From: Patescibacteria group bacterium
Lineage (GTDB): Bacteria; Patescibacteriota; Patescibacteriia; JAHJFT01
Reading direction: 5' to 3'
DNA: 64,000 nt
Assembly (NCBI GenBank): GCA_028710985.1
Contig: JAQTTB010000001.1
Coordinates: 587,014-651,013, forward strand
Shown here: piece by piece, positions 1 through 8,879 of the stretch
Position numbering within the stretch: position 1 is the stretch's first letter
How the letters are laid out: each line of letters opens with the position of its first letter
Program-made: the position numbers and the translations under genes
The notes under the pieces: model-generated
What the model was told of the DNA's origin: nothing
What the model saw: only the letters and a program-made list of their open reading frames with translations
Database searches by the model: none

Positions 1-25
1 CATGAGCAACCTCCTTGTTGAAATC

Positions 26-72
26 TTAGGAACATCTTGATTGACCACTTGCGTGATCCGCCAGGATGTTGA
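26..72. repeat. 47-bp direct repeat, copy 1, with internal hairpin aacatcttg...caggatgtt
   Basis: ttaggaacatcttgattgaccacttgcgtgatccgccaggatgttga is identical to 713-759. It lies upstream of a minus-strand AAGGAGG and ATG (positions 3-1) that runs off the window. Confidence 0.95.
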
Positions 73-127
73 GCTGAAAAGGTTCAGCTCAAGTGAAAGA
101 TTTTTCTGGTTCTTTCAGACCAAGGGG

Positions 128-658
128 CTAGTCGCGTTCTTGCATGGCAAGCTGATCGAGGAATGCCATCGGGTCATCGGCCGACTCCTCAAGGACGTTG
201 ACCACGTGGAGATTTTCGACGTCGATGTGTTCCTCATCGCGTTCGCACATGATGAGGAACTGAGTGATCATACCTTCGGCATCCTGGTCGGTTGGGGAGT
301 AGGCGGCCTTGGCCCGCAGCGAGTCGGCGGCCCGCTCGGCGTCCTGGAACAGGGCGACCGGCAGGCACGCCACTCGGTACAGGTCCTCCTCGGCGATCGG
401 GCCCACGACCTCGTGGAGGAAGTCCGAAGCTGCGATGTCTTCCGCGAGCTCGTCCTCGGTCCTGAAGTCCGCCTTCTCTACGCCATTCAGGTAGTGGCTG
501 ACGTAGCAGATTGGGCAGACCTCGGTGCTCGGGGGTCCCTTGACCCACGTCATCTCGTCCTTGCCCACGACCCGACCGCAGCCGCAGATCGCCTGGGCCT
601 TGGGATCGTAGAAAACGAGCACGGACTTGCCGTTTATGCGAACCATCCTCTTCTTCAT
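128..658 (-). CDS. Hypothetical acidic protein with CxC...CxxC putative zinc-binding motif
   Basis: 176-aa ORF with AAGGAG upstream of the ATG; motifs ICGCG and CPICY. Confidence 0.75.
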   Translation of the reverse strand: MKKRMVRINGKSVLVFYDPKAQAICGCGRVVGKDEMTWVKGPPSTEVCPICYVSHYLNGVEKADFRTEDELAEDIAASDFLHEVVGPIAEEDLYRVACLPVALFQDAERAADSLRAKAAYSPTDQDAEGMITQFLIMCERDEEHIDVENLHVVNVLEESADDPMAFLDQLAMQERD

Positions 659-712
659 TGCGCCATCTCCTTCTTTCTAGCCAACCATCCGGTTGGGTAA
701 GGGGTTTTATTT

Positions 713-759
713 TTAGGAACATCTTGATTGACCACTTGCGTGATCCGCCAGGATGTTGA
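713..759. repeat. 47-bp direct repeat, copy 2
   Basis: Identical to 26-72; in the 5' leader of ORF 128-658. Confidence 0.95.
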
Positions 760-885
760 TATTAGAACAAAAAAGTCCGGTAAATATTCGAGGAGAACTC
801 AAACACTAACCGGGCTTTTGTGCGTAAAATACGCCTAAGCTTATCGTTTCTCTCTCCTCAATTTGTCATTTTAAATAACCATTTC

Positions 886-914
886 ATCATACCACGTTTT
901 GTAGGATTTGTCAA
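886..914 (-). promoter_or_regulatory. Sigma70-type promoter TTGACA-N17-TATGAT
   Basis: Minus strand reads ttgaca aatcctacaaaacgtgg tatgat. Confidence 0.7.
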
Positions 915-1020
915 GAGTAAAATGGGCATTTCTTGGCTGTGTTGAGCCTTTTTGGCTTAGACTGGCTAAATTATCATTTGATAATCAGTCTTAAAATTGA
1001 TATAATTTGAAAACAAAATT

Positions 1021-2052
1021 ATGCGGAAATTAGCCAAGGCTGAAATCAAGGAGGCCAAAAAATTAGGAAGAAGGCTTTCGGTAATTGGCCATGAGCAAAT
1101 TTTGAGTTTTTTGGAAAAATCCCTGAACTCCGGCCGGCTCTCTCATGCGTATCTTTTTCTCGGTCCCGAGGACGTGGGCAAGGAATCCGCGGCGCGCTGG
1201 TGGCTGGAAAAAATCCTGCATCAGGGCCACGAAGGCGGGGAGCGCCATACTTTGGAAAATCATCCGGACGTCGCGGTGATTGAACGCGAAATTGACGAAA
1301 AAAGCAAAAAGCTCAAGAAATTAATCAGCATTGAGCAGATCCGCGATTTGCGCGACAAACTTTCCCTGACCTCGTTTCTCAATACTTACAAAGTCGCGCT
1401 TATCCGCGAAGCCGGACACCTGAGTATTGAGGCGGCAAACGCCTTGCTCAAAACCCTGGAAGAGCCGGCCGGAAAGACGATTATCATCCTGCTTGCCGAC
1501 GATGTTGCCCGCCTGCCGGCGACCATTGCCTCCCGCTGCCAAATTATTCAGTTCCGCGCCGTGCCGGAAAAAATTATTTACGACGCCCTGCGCGAGCGCG
1601 GCGCCGAGCGGGATGAAGCCGAGCTCCTCGCGCGCCTCGCGGCCGGTTCGCCGGGAAAAGCCCTGCGCCTGCTGGAAGACAAAAAGTTGCTTGAAGAATA
1701 TAAAAACGGAATTTTAGATTTTTTGCGGATTACCCGCGAGCCGGTCTGGCGCCGGTTTGACTACATCGATCGTCTGGTTCCGGCGCGCGGTGACCGCGAA
1801 GAAATTGCCAAAGAAATAAAAGGCGTTATTTCTCTCTGGCGCGGGATCATGCGCGACGCTTTGCTCTTGGCGCTGGATTGTCCGGATCTCATGATAAATT
1901 CTTGGGCGCGCAGCGAAATCCAGGCCTGGCAGGCAGACTACGGCGCGCCTCGGGTCTCGGGATTTTTGCGGAGTATTGAAGCCGCCGATGAGGCGATCAG
2001 TCAGAACGCGAATATCAAATTAGTTTTAGAAAATTTATTGCTTGAATTTTAA
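1021..2052 (+). CDS. holB: DNA polymerase III subunit delta'
   Basis: SHAYLFLGPEDVGK, HPD, AANALLKTLEEP and TIASRC clamp-loader motifs; 343 aa. Confidence 0.9.
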   Translation: MRKLAKAEIKEAKKLGRRLSVIGHEQILSFLEKSLNSGRLSHAYLFLGPEDVGKESAARWWLEKILHQGHEGGERHTLENHPDVAVIEREIDEKSKKLKKLISIEQIRDLRDKLSLTSFLNTYKVALIREAGHLSIEAANALLKTLEEPAGKTIIILLADDVARLPATIASRCQIIQFRAVPEKIIYDALRERGAERDEAELLARLAAGSPGKALRLLEDKKLLEEYKNGILDFLRITREPVWRRFDYIDRLVPARGDREEIAKEIKGVISLWRGIMRDALLLALDCPDLMINSWARSEIQAWQADYGAPRVSGFLRSIEAADEAISQNANIKLVLENLLLEF

Positions 2053-2075
2053 ATAAAAAAATTAATCAGCGCATT

Positions 2076-3143
2076 ATGAAAAAAATTCTGCCGATAATTG
2101 CGATTACATCTCTATTCGCCCTTGCCGGATTGGGCTGCATTAAGATTTCCGGAACATCATCGGGTGAGACCGGGGGGGTCTGGAAAACCGCAGACCAGGG
2201 TGAGACCTGGGAGCAGAAAGTGTCTTATCCAACCGCCGAGGGCGTGGGCAAGATCGGGCAAATCAGCGTGCAGACCCTGGCGATCGATCCATCCGATCAT
2301 CTTGCAATTTATGCCGGCACGGCCGCCGACGGACTTCTTTATACGTACGACGGCGCCGAGACATGGAAATCGGCAAAACAGCTGGATACGGGTTCAGTTT
2401 CCAGCGTGACCATCAATCCCGAGAATAAATGCGAAATATACGCGGCGAGCCGCAATAAAGTTTACCGCAGTATTGACTGCAACCGCACCTTTGAACAGGC
2501 GTATTATGAAACCCGCGCGAGCGTGAACATTACGGATGTTGAAGTTGACTGGTATAACACCGCCGTGGTTTACGCCGCGACCTCGGAGGGAGATCTCATC
2601 AAGAGCCAGGATGCCGGTGCGAGCTGGTCGCCGGTGTACCGCTTCGACGGCGCGATTAATGATTTTATGGTTGATCCATTTGATTCGCGCATGCTTTACG
2701 CGGCCACGGAAAATAAGGGATTTTGGAAGAGCTCGGACGGCGGTGCGAGCTGGAATAATTTTGACGAGGTTCTCAAGGAATTTAAAAATTCTAAAGACGT
2801 TTATTTTGTCGCCGCGGACAGGACGTCGCAAAATACTGTAATTATCGTGACCAAATACGGGCTTATCCGCACGCTGGATGGCGGCAATACCTGGTCGGCC
2901 ATTGATCTGCTTACCCCGCCCAGTGAGGCGACGATTACTTCAATCGCGCTAAATCCGCGCGAAGGAAATGAAATTTATTACACTACCGCCAGTACGATCT
3001 ATAAATCAATTGACGGGGGCGCGAGTTGGATTACCAAGAAAGTTCCGGCCGCCGAGCGCGCCGCGTCTGCGATAATTGTTGATTCGGAAAATAACAAGGT
3101 CATCTATCTTGGCGTGAAAGAGGTCGCGAAGCAGGGTTATTAA
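2076..3143 (+). CDS. Lipoprotein with BNR/Asp-box repeats (YCF48/sialidase-like beta-propeller)
   Basis: LAGLGC lipobox-like signal; repeated SxDGGxxW boxes. Confidence 0.8.
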   Translation: MKKILPIIAITSLFALAGLGCIKISGTSSGETGGVWKTADQGETWEQKVSYPTAEGVGKIGQISVQTLAIDPSDHLAIYAGTAADGLLYTYDGAETWKSAKQLDTGSVSSVTINPENKCEIYAASRNKVYRSIDCNRTFEQAYYETRASVNITDVEVDWYNTAVVYAATSEGDLIKSQDAGASWSPVYRFDGAINDFMVDPFDSRMLYAATENKGFWKSSDGGASWNNFDEVLKEFKNSKDVYFVAADRTSQNTVIIVTKYGLIRTLDGGNTWSAIDLLTPPSEATITSIALNPREGNEIYYTTASTIYKSIDGGASWITKKVPAAERAASAIIVDSENNKVIYLGVKEVAKQGY

Positions 3144-3154
3144 AAAGTAATTAT

Positions 3155-3709
3155 ATGATTGCAATAATTTTAAAGAACGAGGAGGAATTCAAAAAAGTAA
3201 TCGAGCATTTCAGGACCGATATCAGCTCGCTACGCACCGGCCGCGCCAACCCGGCGCTTGTGGAAAATATTCAGATCAAGGCGTACGGCTCCATGATGGA
3301 AATAAAAGGGCTCGCTTCAATCACGATTCCGGATCCAAAAACAATTGTCATCGATCCCTGGGACAAAAGTATTCTCAAGGATGTTGAAAAGGGAATTACC
3401 GAAGCGAACATCGGCATCAACCCCGTGGTTGACGGAACTATCGTCCGTTTGAGTATGCCGCTCATGACCGAAGAAAACCGCAAGGAGATGGTGAAGATTC
3501 TGAAGCAAAAAAGCGAGCAGTCGCGCGTCAGCTTGCGCGGCATCCGCGAAAAAGTAAAAAACGCGATCATCCAGGCCGAGGAGGCCAAGGAAATCAGCGA
3601 AGACGAGCGTTTTCGCGCGCAGGAGGACCTGGATAAATATGTCGGCGGATTCAATTCGGAGATTGACAAAATGACCGAGGAGAAAGAAAAAGAAATAATG
3701 ACAATTTAA
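3155..3709 (+). CDS. frr: Ribosome recycling factor
   Basis: LRTGRANP, PWDK, MTEENRKEMVK; ends KEKEIMTI. Confidence 0.97.
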   Translation: MIAIILKNEEEFKKVIEHFRTDISSLRTGRANPALVENIQIKAYGSMMEIKGLASITIPDPKTIVIDPWDKSILKDVEKGITEANIGINPVVDGTIVRLSMPLMTEENRKEMVKILKQKSEQSRVSLRGIREKVKNAIIQAEEAKEISEDERFRAQEDLDKYVGGFNSEIDKMTEEKEKEIMTI

Positions 3710-3711
3710 AT

Positions 3712-5052
3712 ATGGCAAAAAAAGAATTAAATTCAATGGAAAAAATTGTGGCATTCTGCAAGCGGCGCGGATTTATTTTTCAGTCATCCGAAATCTACGG
3801 CGGATTCGCGAGCTGTTACGATTACGGCCCGCTCGGCGTCGAGTTGAAAAATAACATCAAGCGCGCCTGGTGGAGGTCCATGGTGCAGGAGAACCCTGAC
3901 ATTGTCGGTCTTGATGCCTCGATCCTGATGTCGCCCAAAGTATGGGAAGCTTCGGGGCATATGGGTTCCGGATTCACCGACCCCATGGCGGAATGCAAAA
4001 AATGCCATAAGCGCTTCCGGCCCGACAAGATCGAAAATCCCAAGTCATGTCCGGAATGCGGTGGAGAGCTGGGGGGGGCAAAACCGTTCAATCTTCTGGT
4101 AAAAACATTCATCGGGCCAGTTGAGGATACCGCCTCGGTGGCATATCTGCGTGGAGAAACTTGTCAGGGGATTTACGTTAATTTTGAAAATGTGCGCGAA
4201 TCAATGCGGCTAAAACTGCCGTTCGGCATCGCCCAGATCGGAAAATCATTTCGCAATGAAATCACACCCGGAAATTTTATCTTCCGCATGCGCGAATTTG
4301 AGCAGATGGAAATGCAATATTTTGTGAATCCCAAAGAAAAAGCGGGGCACTTTAAACGCTGGAAAGATGCTCGGATGCAATGGTATCTTGATTATGGAAT
4401 GAATAAGAAGAACTTAAAATTTTACGAACAGAAAAAAGAAGAATTGGCCCACTATTCAAGCGCGGCTTTCGATATTGAATACGAATTTCCTTTTGGTCTC
4501 GATGAACTCGAGGGCATTCATGACCGCGGGGACTGGGATCTTTCAAATCATTCCAAACATAGCGGTAAGGACCTGCGGTATTTCAACGAAGAGACTAAGG
4601 AAAAATATTTTCCCCACGTTGTCGAGACCTCGGCCGGAGCCGATCGCGCCACCCTGGCATTTTTGATTGATGCCTATAGCGTGGTTGAGGGTGGACGTAC
4701 CACCACCACCGAAAGCGCCAAAGAAGAAGAAGTCGTATTGAGGCTTGATAAAAGGCTGTCGCCGATTAAAGTCGCCGTATTGCCGCTTTCAAAAAAAGAG
4801 GAGCTGGCCTCGCCGTGTCGAAAGATTTACGAGGAGCTTGCTCGTCACTGGATGGTTCAGTATGATGAAACCGGTTCAATCGGCCGGCGTTACCGCCGCC
4901 AGGATGAAATCGGCACCCCCTACTGTATTACCTTTGATTTTGATTCGCTCGAGGACAAGTCCGTGACGGTCCGCGACCGCGATACCATGGAGCAGGAGAG
5001 AATCAAAATAGGTGATCTCGCGGATTATCTCGCAGAAAAACTCAATGTATAA
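3712..5052 (+). CDS. glyQS: Glycine--tRNA ligase, alpha2 (homodimeric) type
   Basis: KRRGFIFQSSEIYGG, LRGETCQGI, FRNEITP, REFEQME, SIGRRYRRQDEIGTP. Confidence 0.97.
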   Translation: MAKKELNSMEKIVAFCKRRGFIFQSSEIYGGFASCYDYGPLGVELKNNIKRAWWRSMVQENPDIVGLDASILMSPKVWEASGHMGSGFTDPMAECKKCHKRFRPDKIENPKSCPECGGELGGAKPFNLLVKTFIGPVEDTASVAYLRGETCQGIYVNFENVRESMRLKLPFGIAQIGKSFRNEITPGNFIFRMREFEQMEMQYFVNPKEKAGHFKRWKDARMQWYLDYGMNKKNLKFYEQKKEELAHYSSAAFDIEYEFPFGLDELEGIHDRGDWDLSNHSKHSGKDLRYFNEETKEKYFPHVVETSAGADRATLAFLIDAYSVVEGGRTTTTESAKEEEVVLRLDKRLSPIKVAVLPLSKKEELASPCRKIYEELARHWMVQYDETGSIGRRYRRQDEIGTPYCITFDFDSLEDKSVTVRDRDTMEQERIKIGDLADYLAEKLNV

Positions 5053-6319
5053 ATTATCAAAATTAAAAAACGGCATCCGGTTTCTTTCGGTGCCGGTGGC
5101 CGGTACGAGCGCGGTTACGGTTTTTGTTTTATGCCGCGTCGGTTCGCGCTACGAAACTCCGAATCTCGCCGGCGCCTCTCATTTCATCGAACATCTGATG
5201 TTCAAAGGTACGGCGCGTCGGCCGACTACGCTTGATATCTCGCGCGAGCTTGATGGCATCGGCGCCGAATACAACGCCATGACTTCAAAAGACTGGACCG
5301 GCTATTACGTTAAGGCAAGTTCGCGCCATCTGCCGCTTGCCCTGGATGTTTTGTCCGACATGCTCTGGAATTCAAAATTTGATGAACAGGAATACGCTCG
5401 CGAAAAAGGTGTTATCATTGAAGAGATCAACATGTACGAAGATAATCCTAATATGCGCCTTGATTCTCTTTTGGAAGAAGCCATGTTTCCCGGGAATACG
5501 CTCGGCCGGGACATCGCCGGAACCCGCGAGAGTATCACGCGCATGAAACGCGGCGAAGTTATCGCGTATCGCGACCGGTTCTACGCGCCGCGCAACACCG
5601 TGGTCATCGCGGCCGGCGATATTGCCGGCGCTGCGCCTCGGGTCAAAAAGATTTTTGAAAATCTTGGCGTAAAAACTAAGCTCAAACCGCTCCGTTTTAA
5701 AAATTTTTACGGATTAACAAAATCTGCGTTCTTGCGCTGCCGCATCCAGCACAAAAAAACCAAACAGATTCATCTCGCCCTGGGATTTCCGGGGCTGCCG
5801 CATGACCACCGTGATTTGTCCGCGCTCACGCTCGGGAGCGTTATCCTCGGCGGCACCATGAGCTCGCGTCTTTTTATTGCGATCCGTGAACGTGAGGGCC
5901 TGGCGTACTACGTCAATTCATCGGTTGATTGTTATGAGGACGCCGGTATTTTTTCAATCCGCGCCGGGCTGGATACGTCGCGCCTTGTCAAAGCCGCTTC
6001 CATATTGATTGCGGAAATCGAAAAATTTAAAAAATTCGGCCCCACGGCCGAAGAGGTCCGCCGCGCTAAGGACACGGTACGCGGCAAGTTTGAGCTCGCG
6101 CTTGAAGATTCGGCGAATCAGGCCGATTTCTATGGTAAGCAAGCCCTGCTCATGAAACGCATCAAGACTCCGCAGGAAAAACTTCGGGAAATTCAGCGCG
6201 TTTCTGGCGCGGATATCGTGCGGGTCGCGGCCCGGATATTTGACTGGCGCCGCGCCGGCATCGCGATAATCGGACCATACCACCGTCCCTCGGATATTAC
6301 AAAATATTTTAAAGTATAG
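5045..6319 (+). CDS. M16 family zinc peptidase (pitrilysin-like)
   Basis: HFIEH (HxxEH) motif and SSRLFxxIRE; ATG at 5045. Confidence 0.93.
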   Translation: MYKLSKLKNGIRFLSVPVAGTSAVTVFVLCRVGSRYETPNLAGASHFIEHLMFKGTARRPTTLDISRELDGIGAEYNAMTSKDWTGYYVKASSRHLPLALDVLSDMLWNSKFDEQEYAREKGVIIEEINMYEDNPNMRLDSLLEEAMFPGNTLGRDIAGTRESITRMKRGEVIAYRDRFYAPRNTVVIAAGDIAGAAPRVKKIFENLGVKTKLKPLRFKNFYGLTKSAFLRCRIQHKKTKQIHLALGFPGLPHDHRDLSALTLGSVILGGTMSSRLFIAIREREGLAYYVNSSVDCYEDAGIFSIRAGLDTSRLVKAASILIAEIEKFKKFGPTAEEVRRAKDTVRGKFELALEDSANQADFYGKQALLMKRIKTPQEKLREIQRVSGADIVRVAARIFDWRRAGIAIIGPYHRPSDITKYFKV

Positions 6320-6320
6320 T

Positions 6321-7091
6321 ATGAACAATAAAATAATAATAGCCAACTGGAAAACATATTTATCCGTTTTTGAATCCGAAGAAATCGTGAGAGAGGTTTT
6401 GAAATTCGTAAAAAAACAAAAAGACATGCCCGAGCTCGTTTTTTGCCCGACATTTACGGCAATTCCGTCGGTTGCGAAAATTATCGGCGGCTCTGGAAAA
6501 ATGAAACTTGGTGCGCAGAACATGAACTGGCGCGACCGCGGACCCTTTACCGGCGAAGTCTCGCCAATCACGCTTAAGGAATTCGGCTGCGAGTTTGTTA
6601 TTCTTGGTCATTCGGAACGGAGAGTACATTATCACGAGACCGATCTCGAAATCCATGAGCGCATCAAACTCGCTCTGGAATACGGTCTGATCCCGGTGGT
6701 CTGCGTCGGCGAAACTGCGGAGGAAAGGCGAGCCGGACGTCGCGACGAAGTGGTGCGTCGTCAGGTAACCGAATCGCTCGGCATCCTTGACCTCAAGGGC
6801 AGTGAGCGTATTATTATTGCGTATGAGCCGGTTTGGGCAATCGGTTCCGGCCAGGCCGTCGCCGCCGATGACGTCGAAAGTTCGCATATGTCAATCAGGC
6901 AGACCATTATTGATAATTATTCCGAATCGGAATTTAATCTGCATTTTCAAATTATTTACGGAGGCAGCGTCGATGCCGCAAATCTTGAAGGCTTTCTGGA
7001 AAAGGAAATCGTGAGCGGCGTGCTCGTCGGGTCAGCAAGTTCTCGGACAGAAAGCCTAATCAGTATCATCGATGGCTGTATAAATTATTAA
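6321..7091 (+). CDS. tpiA: Triosephosphate isomerase
   Basis: ANWK, GHSERR, AYEPVWAIG, YGGSV. Confidence 0.97.
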   Translation: MNNKIIIANWKTYLSVFESEEIVREVLKFVKKQKDMPELVFCPTFTAIPSVAKIIGGSGKMKLGAQNMNWRDRGPFTGEVSPITLKEFGCEFVILGHSERRVHYHETDLEIHERIKLALEYGLIPVVCVGETAEERRAGRRDEVVRRQVTESLGILDLKGSERIIIAYEPVWAIGSGQAVAADDVESSHMSIRQTIIDNYSESEFNLHFQIIYGGSVDAANLEGFLEKEIVSGVLVGSASSRTESLISIIDGCINY

Positions 7092-7093
7092 GT

Positions 7094-7987
7094 ATGATTT
7101 ATTGGATTTGTTTAATTGTCTTAGTGATCGCGGTTGTCGTTATCGCGGTGATCATATTCCGTAAATTTTCGCATCTTGCAATTATCGACGTCGATACAAT
7201 GATTCATGAAAAACAGGCAAAGATAAAGGAAGATATTATCTGGCGCCGGGTCGCGAGAAAAACCAAGGAGCGTAGCGAGCCAATTATTTCGGTCGCTTCG
7301 GAAATAAAAAGGGGAGTTGGTGTATTTTTGGAAAATATTTACAAGCGTGCCAAGGTTCTTGAAAAAAAGTATGCCATGGAACGCCGTGCCTCAAAGGCGT
7401 CGCGTCCGGTATCCGCACCCGCATCGCAGATTGGTGCCATCGTGAGCGAAGCGGAATCGTTATTTGATCAGGGGAAAATGGCCGAGGCTGAAGAAAAATA
7501 CATTGAAGCCATCGGAATCGACGGCCGTAATCCCGAAGCGTATTGGGGGCTTGGAAAAGTCTATATTGAAACAAAACAGTTTGACGAAGCCAAGCAGTCT
7601 TTGGATTTTTTAATAAAACTCGGCAAGGCCGACGACCGCGTGTACGAGACTCTGGGGGACATCGCGTTTTCAGAGAACCGATATAAAGACGCTAAGGAAT
7701 ATTATCTTATCGCCATCGCGAGAAATGATTCAGTCGTAAAATATTACTTATCGCTTGCCAAAACCTATGCCGCTCTGGACGATCGCTCGAATGCGCAGTC
7801 CACGCTCTTTGAAGCCAGGGAGATAGAGCCGAAGAACCCGAAAACCCTTGACTTCCTGATAGAAAATAGTATAATATTAGGCAACAAAGAGCAGGCGCAG
7901 CGGATTTTTGAAGAATTTCGCGCCCTGAATCCGGAAAATCCCAAATTTTCAGAATGGGAAATGGCCATTGAAAAGATGAAGAAATAA
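7094..7987 (+). CDS. Membrane-anchored tetratricopeptide repeat protein
   Basis: N-terminal TM helix followed by TPR-like helices (AYWGLGKVY, YETLGDIAF). Confidence 0.8.
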   Translation: MIYWICLIVLVIAVVVIAVIIFRKFSHLAIIDVDTMIHEKQAKIKEDIIWRRVARKTKERSEPIISVASEIKRGVGVFLENIYKRAKVLEKKYAMERRASKASRPVSAPASQIGAIVSEAESLFDQGKMAEAEEKYIEAIGIDGRNPEAYWGLGKVYIETKQFDEAKQSLDFLIKLGKADDRVYETLGDIAFSENRYKDAKEYYLIAIARNDSVVKYYLSLAKTYAALDDRSNAQSTLFEAREIEPKNPKTLDFLIENSIILGNKEQAQRIFEEFRALNPENPKFSEWEMAIEKMKK

Positions 7988-7990
7988 TTT

Positions 7991-8108
7991 GCCCAAGTAG
8001 CTCCTGCCTTCGTCCCGACTTCGTCGGGACTTCGGCAAGGCAAGCAGTTGGCACCCGCCCGCCACGCAAGCCGAGCTTGCGAGGCGTTGCGGGCGGGGAG
8101 CAACTCCA
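7991..8108 (+). pseudogene. 5' copy of tRNA-Thr(GGT) interrupted by two palindromic inserts (8003-8044, 8054-8097)
   Basis: Removing the inserts gives gcccaagtagct-cagttggca-gagcaactcca, the first 32 nt of the tRNA at 8135. Confidence 0.9.
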
Positions 8109-8134
8109 CACATTTCATAAAAAAATAATTTTTT

Positions 8135-8210
8135 GCCCAAGTAGCTCAGTTGGCAGAGCAACTCCATGGTAAGGAGTAGGTCAGCAGTTCAAATCTGCTC
8201 TTGGGCTCCA
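8135..8210 (+). tRNA. tRNA-Thr(GGT)
   Basis: 76-nt cloverleaf; anticodon arm ctcc-atGGTaa-ggag; GTTCAAAT T-loop; encoded CCA. Confidence 0.95.
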
Positions 8211-8214
8211 CTGC

Positions 8215-8300
8215 GGGTGGTTACCAAAGCAGTCAACTGGGGCAGACTGTAAATCTGCTGGCTCACGCCTTCGTAGGTGCGAATCCTACACCACCCACCA
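8215..8300 (+). tRNA. tRNA-Tyr(GTA)
   Basis: Acceptor GGGTGGT/ACCACCC; gcaga-ctGTAaa-tctgc; long variable arm; CCA. Confidence 0.95.
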
Positions 8301-8301
8301 C

Positions 8302-8486
8302 GCTGATGTAGCTCAGTGGTAAGAGCAACGGTTTTGCCTGCCCGCCATAGCCCAAGCCGATGTAGCTCAGTGGTAGAGCAACGGTTTTGTAAACCGTAGG
8401 TCGTGGGTTCAAATCCCACCGTCGGCTAAGGCGACGGCAGGCGGGTAAACCGTAGGTCGTGGGTTCAAATCCCACCGTCGGCTCCA
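8302..8486 (+). pseudogene. Outer tRNA-Thr(TGT) split in the anticodon (TG^T) by a 109-bp insert (8337-8445)
   Basis: 8302-8336 joined to 8446-8486 gives a 76-nt tRNA ending in CCA; the insert is bounded by cctgcccgcc...ggcaggcggg. Confidence 0.85.
8356..8427 (+). tRNA. tRNA-Thr(TGT), intact, nested inside the insert, no encoded CCA
   Basis: GCCGATG/CGTCGGC acceptor; acggtt-tTGTa-aaccgt anticodon arm; GGTTCAAATCC. Confidence 0.9.
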
Positions 8487-8516
8487 TAGATAATTATTTA
8501 CGAATACCGTAAGCCT

Positions 8517-8672
8517 ATGTCGCAAGAAAATTTGATTAAGTTAGAGTGTGCTGATTGCAAAAAAATCAACTACTACTCAAAAAAGAACAAGAAAAAACTG
8601 AAAGAAAGGCTGCAGATGAAAAAATTCTGTAAAACCTGCAAGAAGCACACCGGCCATAAAGAAACCAAATAA
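8517..8672 (+). CDS. rpmG: 50S ribosomal protein L33 (zinc-ribbon type)
   Basis: Manual translation MSQENLIKLECADCKKINYYSKKNKKKLKERLQMKKFCKTCKKHTGHKETK; shorter than the ORFs in the supplied track. Confidence 0.95.
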   Translation: MSQENLIKLECADCKKINYYSKKNKKKLKERLQMKKFCKTCKKHTGHKETK

Positions 8673-8690
8673 TCTGGTTTCTTTAAGTAT

Positions 8691-8763
8691 GGGGGCGTAA
8701 TTCAGTGGCAGAATGTCGGTCTCACCCGTCGCTCGCGAGCGACGGGTGTCTCCAAAACCGAAT
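8691..8763 (+). pseudogene. 5' copy of tRNA-Trp with a perfect 26-bp palindrome (8723-8748) in the anticodon loop
   Basis: gggggcgtaattcagtggcagaatgtcggtct[cacccgtcgctcgcgagcgacgggtg]tctccaaaaccgaat. Confidence 0.9.
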
Positions 8764-8799
8764 GAGCAAACAAGATTTATCAAAAGAGTTTAAATTCAT

Positions 8800-8873
8800 G
8801 GGGGCGTAATTCAGTGGCAGAATGTCGGTCTCCAAAACCGAATACGTGGGTTCGATTCCTACCGCCCCTGCCA
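8800..8873 (+). tRNA. tRNA-Trp(CCA)
   Basis: tcggt-ctCCAaa-accga; GGTTCGATTCC; encoded CCA. Confidence 0.95.
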
Positions 8874-8879
8874 AAAAAT

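Noticed and set aside
41-700. 219-aa plus-strand ORF and other long antisense ORFs (16871-17464, 20904-21800, 22637-23536, 51808-52677)
   Set aside because: They are shadows of better-supported opposite-strand genes that have SD, promoter or family motifs.
26-759. CRISPR array
   Set aside because: Only two repeats, separated by a 640-bp gene-containing interval, and no cas genes in the window.
8337-8445. Group I or group II intron in tRNA-Thr
   Set aside because: Far too short, mostly made of a tRNA copy, and no ribozyme core is recognisable.
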